From assembly GCA_965140585.1 (NCBI GenBank), contig OZ223269.1, positions 96,001 to 160,000 on the forward strand: a stretch of 64,000 nucleotides of DNA. Reading direction: 5' to 3'. Numbering within the stretch: the first letter of the stretch is position 1; every line of letters starts with the position of its first letter. Shown piece after piece: positions 1-9,609 of the stretch. Source of the DNA: Spirochaetia bacterium (GTDB lineage Bacteria > Spirochaetota > Spirochaetia > UBA9216). The notes under the pieces are model-generated. The model was not told where the DNA came from. It saw only the letters and a program-made list of their open reading frames with translations, and ran no database searches. A program made the position numbers and the translations under genes.

Positions 1-1285
1 TACGCATGAGAATGCTGTTTTCATTGACAGAATTCGTCACCGGATAGATGAACTATATCCGAATCCCGAGGAGGGCAGTGATGATTTTTATAAAAAAGCT
101 CTTCTTGTTGCTCCGCTCCTGTATCAGGCTGCCACACATGCGAATACCAACGGTGTGTTTAAAGCCTGCCACAAGGGCTTCGGCGGACATGGTAAAGATG
201 CTCTTACAAGAATAATGGCGAATATGGAGCTTCGTGTTCCGCTTCTTGTGCCGGGAGCTGCGAATGCGGCTTTTTCAGTAAGCAGGCAGGACGCTTCCGA
301 CTGTGCAGCTTCGGAGGTTTGGGATATCTGCTACCTTGACCCTCCCTATAACCAGCATCAGTACGGAAGCAACTATTTTATGCTTAATACGATAGCAGCA
401 TGGGATCGGCCTGATGTTTCGATGGAAAGACACCCCGACGGAACACTGATGCACAAGGCAGGTATCCGGCCCGACTGGGTAGAAACACGTTCACCCTTCT
501 GCTATGAGAAAACAGCTCCGCAGGCCCTCCGCCGCCTGCTTGAGAACAGTGAAAGCAGATACTTTGTACTGAGTTATAATACAGAAGGCATCATTCCTTT
601 TGATGTGCTGTGTTCAATTCTTTCAGATTTCGGCAGTCTTCAGATTTTCTGCAGTGATTATGTAATCTACCGCGGCGGAAAGCAGAGCCTTGGGCGTAAT
701 AACCGGAATGTTGAATATCAGCTTGTGGTGAACACTGCAAAAAAATATCACAGCTCTGATCTCGATTCCATAAATGAATTTTTAATAGCAAAAAAGATCA
801 TTTCAGCAATGAATGAATCCTTTAATCCGGAACGGCTGAAAGAGAAGTTTATGGTTGATGATGATTCAGCTGTGCTGCTGTCTGACACAGTTCCGGAGCT
901 AAAATACAGAACGTACAGGCAGTTCAGGTTCAAGGAGGTCCCATCTGCAGTTCAACTGCTTGGATGCGGGCGCGAAGAACTCCTTGAAATATCCGGGGCA
1001 CTTGAGTACAGCAGGTGCAGAGATAAGAAGGAAGAAGCTGATGTGCTGCTTAGCCTTATTGAAAACGCCAGGACAGAAGGCTCTGATTCATCTGAAATTA
1101 AAAAGCTGTGGAAGCTCCTGCTGGCCACTGTACGGAAATTCGCATTCAGAAAGTACCGTGAAGATTTTGAATACTACTTTAACCGGATGTCTGTACTTTC
1201 TGAAAACTTTCCTGAAAAACGGAATATGCTCAATAAAGAATTATCCTCCCTCAGGCATGTCGCCGGGCTTAGATTCTCGAGATAA
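1..1285 (+). CDS. DNA adenine methyltransferase (D12-like N6-adenine class), 5'-truncated by window edge
   Basis: Catalytic YLDPPY motif and LSYN motif. The frame stays open from position 2 (THENAVFIDRIRHRI...) into the 155..1285 ORF, so the true start lies outside the window. Confidence 0.8.
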   Translation, partial: THENAVFIDRIRHRIDELYPNPEEGSDDFYKKALLVAPLLYQAATHANTNGVFKACHKGFGGHGKDALTRIMANMELRVPLLVPGAANAAFSVSRQDASDCAASEVWDICYLDPPYNQHQYGSNYFMLNTIAAWDRPDVSMERHPDGTLMHKAGIRPDWVETRSPFCYEKTAPQALRRLLENSESRYFVLSYNTEGIIPFDVLCSILSDFGSLQIFCSDYVIYRGGKQSLGRNNRNVEYQLVVNTAKKYHSSDLDSINEFLIAKKIISAMNESFNPERLKEKFMVDDDSAVLLSDTVPELKYRTYRQFRFKEVPSAVQLLGCGREELLEISGALEYSRCRDKKEEADVLLSLIENARTEGSDSSEIKKLWKLLLATVRKFAFRKYREDFEYYFNRMSVLSENFPEKRNMLNKELSSLRHVAGLRFSR

Positions 1286-1456
1286 CTGAATCTTCCAAAG
1301 AATATTAATTTTATTGTTTACACTGTTTATCTTCATTCAGTATAGTAAAAAACGCAAATAAAGAACAATAATTAAAGCTTTTAAAGCGCAATATGAAACA
1401 TACGTAACTTTGTAAAATGCTTATTAATGATCATAATCAATTCTCGGAGGGTGTAC

Positions 1457-2494
1457 ATGAAATTTAACAGGAACATTCTGACAGAACTGGAAAGATGCTA
1501 CTCGGTAGCCTGCATGGATATAAATGAAAAGCCGCATGCTTTTTTTGCCTCCGAGGGACGGTTCGGCTGCTATGCTTTCAGCTGTTCTGACTACACCGAT
1601 GGCAAGACTGTGTGGGACCAGCCCGGAGGCACTATGAGTATAGTTAAGATCCCGGGTAAGAAGGGTGAGTTTCTTGCCGGACAGAAATTCTTTAAAATGT
1701 TTGACTGGGAAGAAGCCGAGATGGTATGGGTGAAGACTCTTGCTGATGGAAGTTTTTAAGTAAAAACTATATTCAGAATGCCATATCTTCACAGGTTTGA
1801 TATCCTTCAGCGAAACGGAAAAAATTTCTTTATCGGATGTACCCTTTCTTCCGCTAAAAATGCCAAGGATGACTGGAGCAATCCGGGGTCAGTTTATGTC
1901 GGTGAGCTGCCTGAAGATGAAAACGGCGAACTGGTACTGACAGAGCTTAGAAATGACTTTTTTAAGAATCAGGGCTATGAAAGGGTGACCTGGAATGGAC
2001 TTCAATGTGGAATGGTTTCATGTAAGAGTGGTATATACATATTTACACCTCCGTCCTCTGCCGATGATGCGTGGAGTATTGAACAGATAATGAGTCAGCC
2101 GACCAGCGATATTGCCTGCATCGATATAGACGGTGACGGACAGCCTGAGATTGCAACAATTGAAGAATTTCACGGAAGCTACTTCAGGGTATATAAGATG
2201 ATTGACGGTGAATACAGACAGATATTCGAGCATCCTGAAGTCAGTGAGTTCTACCACGTGGCTGCCAGCGGGAAGATTAACGGTAATCCGGTATTTATGG
2301 GCGGCTGCAGAAGAGGAAAACAGCAGCTGTTCATCCTGAGCTATAATCAGGAAACAGCAAAGATTGAGATTCACACTGTGGATGAGAATGTTGGGCCCAG
2401 TAACGCCATGAATGTAAATCTTGGAGACCGTGATATCATTATTTCTGCAAATAGGGAAATCGGTCAGGCTGCAATATACGATATAGAGCCCTGA
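1457..2494 (+). pseudogene. Beta-propeller/FG-GAP-like hypothetical protein interrupted by an in-frame TAA
   Basis: ATG at 1457 follows GGAGG. ORFs 1427..1759 and 1778..2494 are in the same frame, separated only by TAA at 1757-1759. Contains a DIDGDGQPEI FG-GAP-like motif. Confidence 0.7.
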
Positions 2495-2634
2495 AAACTC
2501 TGTAAAGTCTTTAATAATCAGCAGATACCCCGTTTTTACAGAGATTGACACAGCCCCTTCGTTTGTTTAGTATTAAATAACCCGCGATTGAAAAACTCTT
2601 TTTGTGCATACCGCAGGAAAATAAGGAATAATTA

Positions 2635-4296
2635 TTGAATTTTAACGAACTGAATCTTAACCCTCTTGTGCTTAAGGCGATTGGCGAACTGGGCTTTGTT
2701 AATCCCACTCCGGTACAGGAGAAAACAATACCGATGATTTTAGCCTCAAGCAAGGATATTATCGGTCTCGCTCAGACAGGGACAGGTAAAACCGCTGCTT
2801 TCGGCCTTCCTATGCTTGAGAAAGTAAACTTTAGAACACCTGAAACACAGGCTCTGGTTCTTTGTCCCACCAGGGAACTCTGTATCCAGATTGTAAAGGA
2901 TCTTGAAAGCTTTGGAAAATATCTGCCGGGATGTCATATCACGGCAGTTTACGGCGGAACAGCCTACGGCCAGCAGATAAGAGACCTTAAAAGGGGGGCG
3001 CCTGTTATTGTTGCTACTCCCGGACGTTTAAGAGATCTTATTGATAAAGGCGCTGCGAGACTTGAGAATATCAAGTACCTTGTCCTCGACGAGGCTGATA
3101 TCATGCTTAATATGGGCTTTAAGGAAGAGCTGGATGCAATATTAATGGAGCTGCCTTTCGAGAGGCAGTCACTGCTTTTCTCGGCTACTATGCCTAATGA
3201 GGTAAACCGTATAGCAGTCCAGTATATGCATGAACCGCAGGAAATATCTGTTGGTGAAAAGAATACCGGAAACGCATCTGTTGAGCACAGTTATTTTATA
3301 GTTCACGCCAAAGATAAATTCCAGGCGCTTAAGAGACTGGCAGATTACTACCCGGGTATATACGGAATCGTATTCTGTAAAACCAGAGCCTCAGCCCGTG
3401 ATCTTGCAGAAAGAATGATAAAGGAAGGGTACAACGCCGATGCCCTCCATGGTGATCTGTCACAGGAACAGCGTGAGTATGTAATGGGCAAATTCCGTGA
3501 AAGAGGTCTTCAGCTTCTAATTGCTACCGACGTAGCTGCCCGAGGAGTTGATGTTAAGGATCTTACTCACGTTATCCATTACGATCTTCCGGATGAAATA
3601 GAAGTTTATAACCACCGAAGCGGCCGTACCGGAAGAGCCGGAAGTACGGGGATGTCTCTTGCAATCATAAATATGCGTGAGCGGGGCAGACTCAAAGCTA
3701 TTGAGCGGAACCTGGGCCGCCCAATCAAGGAAGCCGTAATTCCCGGGAAGCAGGAGATTTGCGAACAGCAGCTTATACACCTCATCGACCGTGTACACAA
3801 TGTTAATGTTGATGAAAAGCAGATTCTCGGCTTCATGGATACAATTAACGAGAAGCTGTCCGATCTCGAACGTGAAGATTTGATTAAGCGTTTTGTATCG
3901 CTTGAATTTAACCGCTTTCTTCAGTTCTATAAGGGACTTGAAGATATCAAACCGGTTGAAAAACGCTCGGAGCGCTCGATTGGAGCATCCAGAAAGTATT
4001 CACGCGAACGCAGAGATTCAAGGGGTGAATCAGGAAAGAACCGTCAGAGGGGCGGCCGAAGCGATAATGCTGATTTTACCTGGCTGAAAGTAAACCTGGG
4101 ACACCGGGACAACCTGCAGATCGGCGAACTTTTCGGACTTATCAATCAGTCAACAAGGGGCAAGCAGGTGGAAATCGGCCGGATTGATATTCAGCCTACA
4201 AGTACCCGTTTCCAGGTAGAGAAGGGTGCTGCGGAGTTTCTGAAATCGGTTCTGAAGCGCAAGACTTATAACGGCAGACGGCTTCGAGTTGAATGA
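2635..4296 (+). CDS. DEAD-box RNA helicase with C-terminal DbpA-type RNA-binding domain
   Basis: Q motif, AQTGTGKT, PTREL, DEAD, SAT, ARGVD and HRSGRTGRAG motifs. Confidence 0.95.
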   Translation: MNFNELNLNPLVLKAIGELGFVNPTPVQEKTIPMILASSKDIIGLAQTGTGKTAAFGLPMLEKVNFRTPETQALVLCPTRELCIQIVKDLESFGKYLPGCHITAVYGGTAYGQQIRDLKRGAPVIVATPGRLRDLIDKGAARLENIKYLVLDEADIMLNMGFKEELDAILMELPFERQSLLFSATMPNEVNRIAVQYMHEPQEISVGEKNTGNASVEHSYFIVHAKDKFQALKRLADYYPGIYGIVFCKTRASARDLAERMIKEGYNADALHGDLSQEQREYVMGKFRERGLQLLIATDVAARGVDVKDLTHVIHYDLPDEIEVYNHRSGRTGRAGSTGMSLAIINMRERGRLKAIERNLGRPIKEAVIPGKQEICEQQLIHLIDRVHNVNVDEKQILGFMDTINEKLSDLEREDLIKRFVSLEFNRFLQFYKGLEDIKPVEKRSERSIGASRKYSRERRDSRGESGKNRQRGGRSDNADFTWLKVNLGHRDNLQIGELFGLINQSTRGKQVEIGRIDIQPTSTRFQVEKGAAEFLKSVLKRKTYNGRRLRVE

Positions 4297-4330
4297 CGAT
4301 TCAGTTCATTAAAGACTTAATATAATATTC

Positions 4331-4362
4331 AAAGGCTGTTCTTTTTCGAACAGCCTTTTTTT
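4331..4362 (+). terminator. Intrinsic terminator after the helicase
   Basis: AAAGGCTGTTC-loop-GAACAGCCTTT followed by a T-tract. Confidence 0.85.
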
Positions 4363-4419
4363 ATAGCATATACATCACAAAAAATTTGCTTAAATAAAAA
4401 TATTGCAATAAAATTATAT

Positions 4420-5196
4420 ATGACAGATTCCGATTTGATATACGGCTTATTTGCAACATTTGATTACCCGTGCTTTTCAATAAGTCAGCTGAAATGTTTA
4501 ACTGCACCCTTTGAAGTTTCTGAAACCAGCTTGCGTTCAATACTCTCAAGGATGAAAAAACAGAACGTACTGGAAATAAGCCGTAAGGGGCGTACAGCCT
4601 TTTACACACCGACGGCAGGCTGCAGGCGGTTTGGCGCCAATACAGCAAGGGCCTTTCATGAGCCGGAACATGTAGAATGGGACGGCAAAATTGTTTCCGC
4701 AGCTTTTTCATTATCAGATTCATCATCAAGGTATCAGCTTCAGAAAAAACTGAAGGAATACAGATTCGCACCGCTGTTTCCTGGCTTTTGGGTAAGGCCG
4801 TTCTCAGACGAGTATGATTATAATTTTGTTTTTAATGACTTTATTAAATCTGGGAACTGCTGCCTGACTATCGGTCTGATGACACCGGAAATGACCCCGG
4901 GTACTGCAGCCGAATTATGGAACCTGAAGGAACTGTGGGCAATAATGGAAAAACAGGTTGCCAGTTTGGAGATAACTTACAGCAGCCTGGAAAGCTTATC
5001 TGCAGAGGAGGTGTTTAGAAAAAAGATGGAAGAAGGAGATGCGGCAGTACGCATTCTCGCAGAAGACCCGCTGCTTCCGCCTGTGCTGCAGGGAAATACC
5101 CGGCCCGGAGCAGAGTTAAGACAGGTATTTATGAAGTTTGATAAAAAGGCAACGGAACTTTCCCGTCCTTTCTGGAGTGCCTGTTTAAAGTCCTGA
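4420..5196 (+). CDS. PaaX-family transcriptional regulator
   Basis: N-terminal wHTH (SETSLRSILSRM...GRTAFY), central WDGK..., C-terminal DPLLP motif typical of PaaX. Confidence 0.8.
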   Translation: MTDSDLIYGLFATFDYPCFSISQLKCLTAPFEVSETSLRSILSRMKKQNVLEISRKGRTAFYTPTAGCRRFGANTARAFHEPEHVEWDGKIVSAAFSLSDSSSRYQLQKKLKEYRFAPLFPGFWVRPFSDEYDYNFVFNDFIKSGNCCLTIGLMTPEMTPGTAAELWNLKELWAIMEKQVASLEITYSSLESLSAEEVFRKKMEEGDAAVRILAEDPLLPPVLQGNTRPGAELRQVFMKFDKKATELSRPFWSACLKS

Positions 5197-5207
5197 GGAG
5201 GATAAAA

Positions 5208-5672
5208 ATGGAGTATTCAGTTATAGTCTGGAAGGCTGTGGTATGGGGTGCCGTTATTCTTGTAATCGACATGATTATAGGAAACCTGCTTTATATGAAC
5301 CCTGTAACAGCAGGCATCTATAAGGCCTATGAAGGAAACCCTGTAATGAAGACTGTGGATGATTTCGGCGGTATCGGATGGTATGTAGGGCTGAACATGG
5401 GAGCAGGAGTCTTTATTGTGATTGTGTATCTGCTTCTATATCTGGCCGTTTACAGTGTCCTGCCGGAAAATAAGATTGCGGCCGGATTGATTTTTGGTGC
5501 GGCTATAGTTCTTGTTAAAGTACTTCCGAAAGCATTTAACCAGTTCATGCTTTTTCATTATCCTGTTAAGCTTATAGTGACGCAGGCTGTCAATTCTTCA
5601 ATTTCTTCAATGCTGTTCGGTCTGTACACTTCGGGCATTTATCAGATCACTGGAACAGTAGTCCAGAGGTAG
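5208..5672 (+). CDS. Hypothetical membrane protein (about 4 TM)
   Basis: Hydrophobic segments, GAGG RBS, 11 nt downstream of the PaaX-like gene. Confidence 0.7.
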   Translation: MEYSVIVWKAVVWGAVILVIDMIIGNLLYMNPVTAGIYKAYEGNPVMKTVDDFGGIGWYVGLNMGAGVFIVIVYLLLYLAVYSVLPENKIAAGLIFGAAIVLVKVLPKAFNQFMLFHYPVKLIVTQAVNSSISSMLFGLYTSGIYQITGTVVQR

Positions 5673-5692
5673 GTTTACTCTCCGGTCTGTAA

Positions 5693-6259
5693 TCACAGGA
5701 TTTTCTGCATTATATATACGTCATCGAACTCTCTGACTATTGAAAATCCGTTTCTTTCATACATATTAACAGTTCCATGATATTTTGAAGCTACAGTCCG
5801 GGTTTCTTTCCGGGGATAGACTTCAATGAGTTCATATCCCTGCTGTTCAAAGTCTTCACAGGCTGTTTTAAGCAGGGCAGATGCTATCCCCTTGCCCCGG
5901 TGAGAGGGATCAATTACAAAACAAACTATAGCAGCTTTCTTTTGTCCGGCGCCTGTTTGTATGTCCTCATCTTCAGTGAGACGAATATAATTGCGGATAT
6001 TTCCTGCATTGACCCATCCCGCAGGTTCACTGTCAATATAGGCTATAAAACCGTTTAGACTGCCGGCCGCAATACGTTCTGCAGCGAGCTCTCTGTTTTC
6101 ACTGCCCGCTCTGTTTTTCCATCCCTGTCCGGCGGGAAAGTGATAGAAGCAGCAGTAGCATGCCGACCAGTCGGGATTATCGCAGAACGCGATGTCATCG
6201 AAGAAATGCAGGTAGTCAGCTGCCATATCCGCAGTCAGTTTTTTTATTTCAATTTCCAT
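5693..6259 (-). CDS. GNAT-family N-acetyltransferase
   Basis: Acetyl-CoA motif HRGKGIASALL and WSACYC N-terminal motif. Likely start ATG 6259 after GGAGG. Confidence 0.85.
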   Translation of the reverse strand: MEIEIKKLTADMAADYLHFFDDIAFCDNPDWSACYCCFYHFPAGQGWKNRAGSENRELAAERIAAGSLNGFIAYIDSEPAGWVNAGNIRNYIRLTEDEDIQTGAGQKKAAIVCFVIDPSHRGKGIASALLKTACEDFEQQGYELIEVYPRKETRTVASKYHGTVNMYERNGFSIVREFDDVYIMQKIL

Positions 6260-7073
6260 TATTTGCCTCCAGCACACTGATTGTATGTGATATAAGTTGT
6301 ATGCCGCCAGGCGCTCCATGGCCGGGAATAACAAGTCTGGTTTCTGGGAATTTAATCAGAAGCTTTTTCAGTGAAAGAACCCATTCGGATAAGTCTCCAT
6401 CATCAGTATAACCCGGTTTTTTTGTGTCTGCTGAAAGTATCATGCAACCGCCGAAAAGAATATTTCTGTCGGGAAGATAAACGATGATGTTGTCAAAGGT
6501 ATGTGTTGGCCCTGGATAGCAGATGTTAACAGATTCCGATCCGATTTGAAGATGTTGCTCTTCATTTATATCAAAGGTGATTGCAGGAGGCTGGAAATTG
6601 AAATCATCATAGACTCTCCGGTATTTTTCATACCTTCGGCCCTGAAGCCACCCGGTCATTTTTGACATGGTTGTACTGTTGTGTGTTTGAAGCAGTTCAC
6701 AGGTAAGTGTCGAACCGTAAACAGGTATGCCGCGGCTTAACAGTGTTTCGTTCCCGCCCAGGTTGTCGATGTGGAAACCGGTATTTATTTCTGTAATCAT
6801 GCAGTCAGTTCCGTATCGGGAATAAAGCCATTCAAGGACCTCGGCTGTTGCTTCGGGGGTGTAGGGAGTATCCATCCAGAGAATGTTCGATTCATCCATG
6901 ATTACAAGAAGCGAGTTTGCAGGCCAGGGAAAACTGTGGGTCACCAGAAAAACGTCTGTTTCAATTTCAGTAATTTCAAGTTCATCGGAAAGCTGAAGGG
7001 CCGGAAGAGCTGCGGTAAAAAGAAAAATAAACAGGAACACGATGACCGTGAAAGTTCGACAGGTTTTCATCAC
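6249..7073 (-). CDS. Subclass B1-like metallo-beta-lactamase, SPS-1-type (Gly at His116)
   Basis: Signal peptide, then TGFHIDNLGG (G116-x-H118-x-D120), GPTHTFDN (H196), FGGCM (C221) and IPGHG (H263). Confidence 0.8.
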   Translation of the reverse strand: MMKTCRTFTVIVFLFIFLFTAALPALQLSDELEITEIETDVFLVTHSFPWPANSLLVIMDESNILWMDTPYTPEATAEVLEWLYSRYGTDCMITEINTGFHIDNLGGNETLLSRGIPVYGSTLTCELLQTHNSTTMSKMTGWLQGRRYEKYRRVYDDFNFQPPAITFDINEEQHLQIGSESVNICYPGPTHTFDNIIVYLPDRNILFGGCMILSADTKKPGYTDDGDLSEWVLSLKKLLIKFPETRLVIPGHGAPGGIQLISHTISVLEANNGN

Positions 7074-8587
7074 TCGCTGGCTATTATCTCCATGACCTCC
7101 CGAAAGCTTTCAAGTCCTGATTCAAGGTTTTCAATAATTTCACCGGCAAGCACATCCGGATCGGGAAGGTTATCAAGGTCTGTCAGACTCTTGTCTTTAA
7201 GCCAGAAGATATCGAGGTTAGTTTTATCTCTTTCAAGGATTTCGCTGTATCTGTATTTTCGCCATCGGCCATCGGGATTTTCTTCACTCCAGGTTTCGGA
7301 CCTCTTGTTTCTGTTTCCAGGGTTATACAGTTCCACGAAGTCTTTAAGGTCCTCGGTGGTCATGGGTTTCTTTTTCTGGGTGTGGTGGATATTTGTCCGG
7401 TAATCATAGAACCATACTTCGCTTGTCTGTGCATCCTTGCTTGCAGGCCTGTTGTCAAAGAACAGGACATTTGCCTTTACGCCGTTTGCATAGAAGATAC
7501 CTGTCGGCAGTCTAAGGATGGTATGAAGATCGGTTGTCAGCATCAGCTGCTTTCTGATTTCTTCTCCGGCTCCGCCTTCAAAAAGGACGTTATCAGGCAG
7601 AACAACCGCCGCCTGACCGCTTACCTTGAGCATCGATTTTATGTGCTGTAGGAAGTTAAGCTGTTTATTCGAAGTAGTCTCCCAGAAGTCCTGACGGTTG
7701 TAGGTGAGCTCTTCCCGTTCTGTTTCTCCCTCTTCATTGGTGATTGTCATGCTGCTTTTCTTTCCAAACGGAGGATTAGCAAGCACGTAGTCGTAGCGGT
7801 TGCCGTCGTCTGATATTAGAGAATCATTGGGTGATATGTAGGTGTCGCCGTCTATCTCGCCGATGTTATGCAGGTACATGTTCATAAGGCAGAGGCGGCG
7901 GGTATTGGCTACAATCTCATTGCCGTGGAAGGTTCCGGTTTTTAGAAACTCCTTCTGGTCACGGTCAAGCTGACTGTTTTCGGTTATCCAGTCGTAGGCA
8001 GCCAGGAAGAAACCGCCGGTACCGCAGGCAGGGTCGGCAATGGTTTTACCGGGTTTGGGCTGTACGCAGGCTACCATGGTTTTAATCAACGCGCGCGGGG
8101 TAAAATACTGACCGGCACCCGATTTTGTGTCCTCGGCATTCTTTTCAAGAAGGCCCTCGTATATACGGCCCTTGATATCAGCCCCCATGATTGACCACTT
8201 TTCCTGATCAATCATGCTTATAACCTTTGAAAGCTTTGCCGGGTCCTGAATCTTGTTCTGGCTCTTTGTGAAAATCTGCCCGAGCATCCCCCTCTCGGTG
8301 CTGAGGCTGCGAAGCAGCTGTGAATAGAAGGATTCAAGCTCGGCGCCCCGCCTGGAACAGAGGTTCTCCCAGCTGCAGATATCTGCATCGGCTATCTCGT
8401 TACCATCAACATCTTTAAGATGAGGAAATACAAGCCCCTTGCTGTACGGCGGTTTATTAAGCTCATCAGCCATTTTAAGAAATAGCAGGTAGGTAATCTG
8501 CTCAAGGTAGTCTCCGTAGCTTACCCCGTCGTCACGAAGAACGCTCGCTAGGTTCCATATTTTTGATATTATTGTTGAATCTGTCAT
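7070..8587 (-). CDS. hsdM: Type I R-M methyltransferase subunit
   Basis: GQYFTPR, DPACGTGGF and NPPF motifs. Confidence 0.95.
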   Translation of the reverse strand: MTDSTIISKIWNLASVLRDDGVSYGDYLEQITYLLFLKMADELNKPPYSKGLVFPHLKDVDGNEIADADICSWENLCSRRGAELESFYSQLLRSLSTERGMLGQIFTKSQNKIQDPAKLSKVISMIDQEKWSIMGADIKGRIYEGLLEKNAEDTKSGAGQYFTPRALIKTMVACVQPKPGKTIADPACGTGGFFLAAYDWITENSQLDRDQKEFLKTGTFHGNEIVANTRRLCLMNMYLHNIGEIDGDTYISPNDSLISDDGNRYDYVLANPPFGKKSSMTITNEEGETEREELTYNRQDFWETTSNKQLNFLQHIKSMLKVSGQAAVVLPDNVLFEGGAGEEIRKQLMLTTDLHTILRLPTGIFYANGVKANVLFFDNRPASKDAQTSEVWFYDYRTNIHHTQKKKPMTTEDLKDFVELYNPGNRNKRSETWSEENPDGRWRKYRYSEILERDKTNLDIFWLKDKSLTDLDNLPDPDVLAGEIIENLESGLESFREVMEIIASE

Positions 8588-9558
8588 GTTCTGTTCCTGT
8601 TGAGTATGCTTATAATCAGCCTTTTTACAACTTCACTCTCATCGGGTTTGCTTACAGCGATGTAGAGAGTCAGGGCTGCAAGGGTGTTGTTGTCGATTAT
8701 CTGGGTGCCGTCGGTTTTATGCAGGGCCCCGTTTATGTCAAGAAAGCAGAGAAAGCAGGCTGCAGCAATACGTTTGTTGCCGTCCACAAATGAGTGGTTT
8801 TTGGTAATGAAGTACAGCAGGTTTGCAGCCTTTTCTTCTATGGAAGGGTATAGTTCCTTTCCTCCGAAGCTCTGCTTAATCTGATTTACCGAACTTTCAA
8901 AGCTTTCATCCTTGGGCTGCGCGAAAACACCGGAGGCAAAATCGGAGTACATGCCTTCAATAAGTGTAAGGTAGTCCTTTACTTCCGGGTATACGGTGCT
9001 GCGGCTGGTTTTGCCTGTTTTATCAAGTTCTTCATGGTCGTAGTCATCAAGCAGGGCAAGACCTTTGGCAAATATCCTGAAGACCTGACGATCGTTATCA
9101 TCGGTAATTGTTTCAATTGCCCTGCCTACAATGCGGATGCCGGTTTTAAGGTATTCAACCTGCTGCTGTTTCTGCTGCAGCCGCTTTTCGTTGATTGAGT
9201 AACCCTGTACAAGGTAGTCTTTCAGCCGCCGGGTTGCCCACTGACGGAACTGGGTAGCTGTTAGAGATTTTATTCTGTAACCTGCTGCTATTATAATATC
9301 AAGGTTATAGTATTTCTGCGTCCTTCTGACTTTTCTTGTGCCCTCCGTTTGAACTTGTAAGAAATCCTTACAAGTTGCCCCCTCTTCCAGTTCCTTTTCA
9401 TTATAGATGTTTTTCAGATGCAGCGTTATGTTCTGTGGAGTAGTGTCAAAAAGTTCGGCCATAGATTTCTGGGTCAACCATACAGTTTCACCATCAAACT
9501 GAACCTGCACTTCAACATCATTGCCAGAACTTTTAAAAATCTCTATCTTATTTTCCAT
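8584..9558 (-). CDS. RhuM-like domain fused to a Fic/Doc domain
   Basis: N-terminal TVWLTQKSMAELF...YYNLDIIIAAGYRI (RhuM) and C-terminal HSFVDGNKR Fic/Doc motif. Confidence 0.85.
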   Translation of the reverse strand: MENKIEIFKSSGNDVEVQVQFDGETVWLTQKSMAELFDTTPQNITLHLKNIYNEKELEEGATCKDFLQVQTEGTRKVRRTQKYYNLDIIIAAGYRIKSLTATQFRQWATRRLKDYLVQGYSINEKRLQQKQQQVEYLKTGIRIVGRAIETITDDNDRQVFRIFAKGLALLDDYDHEELDKTGKTSRSTVYPEVKDYLTLIEGMYSDFASGVFAQPKDESFESSVNQIKQSFGGKELYPSIEEKAANLLYFITKNHSFVDGNKRIAAACFLCFLDINGALHKTDGTQIIDNNTLAALTLYIAVSKPDESEVVKRLIISILNRNRT

Positions 9559-9609
9559 ACAGAGCCCCCCTGTATGAATAATCGCAGGATCCGCAGACTG
9601 ATTTTAAAC

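Noticed and set aside
1-1285. Type II R-M system around the adenine methyltransferase
   Set aside because: No endonuclease is visible downstream and the upstream context is outside the window.
6771-7403. Long antisense or alternative-frame ORFs (e.g. 6771..7403, 27632..28282, 38918..39556, 61767..62339)
   Set aside because: They overlap well-supported genes and have no recognisable motifs, so they are treated as shadow ORFs.
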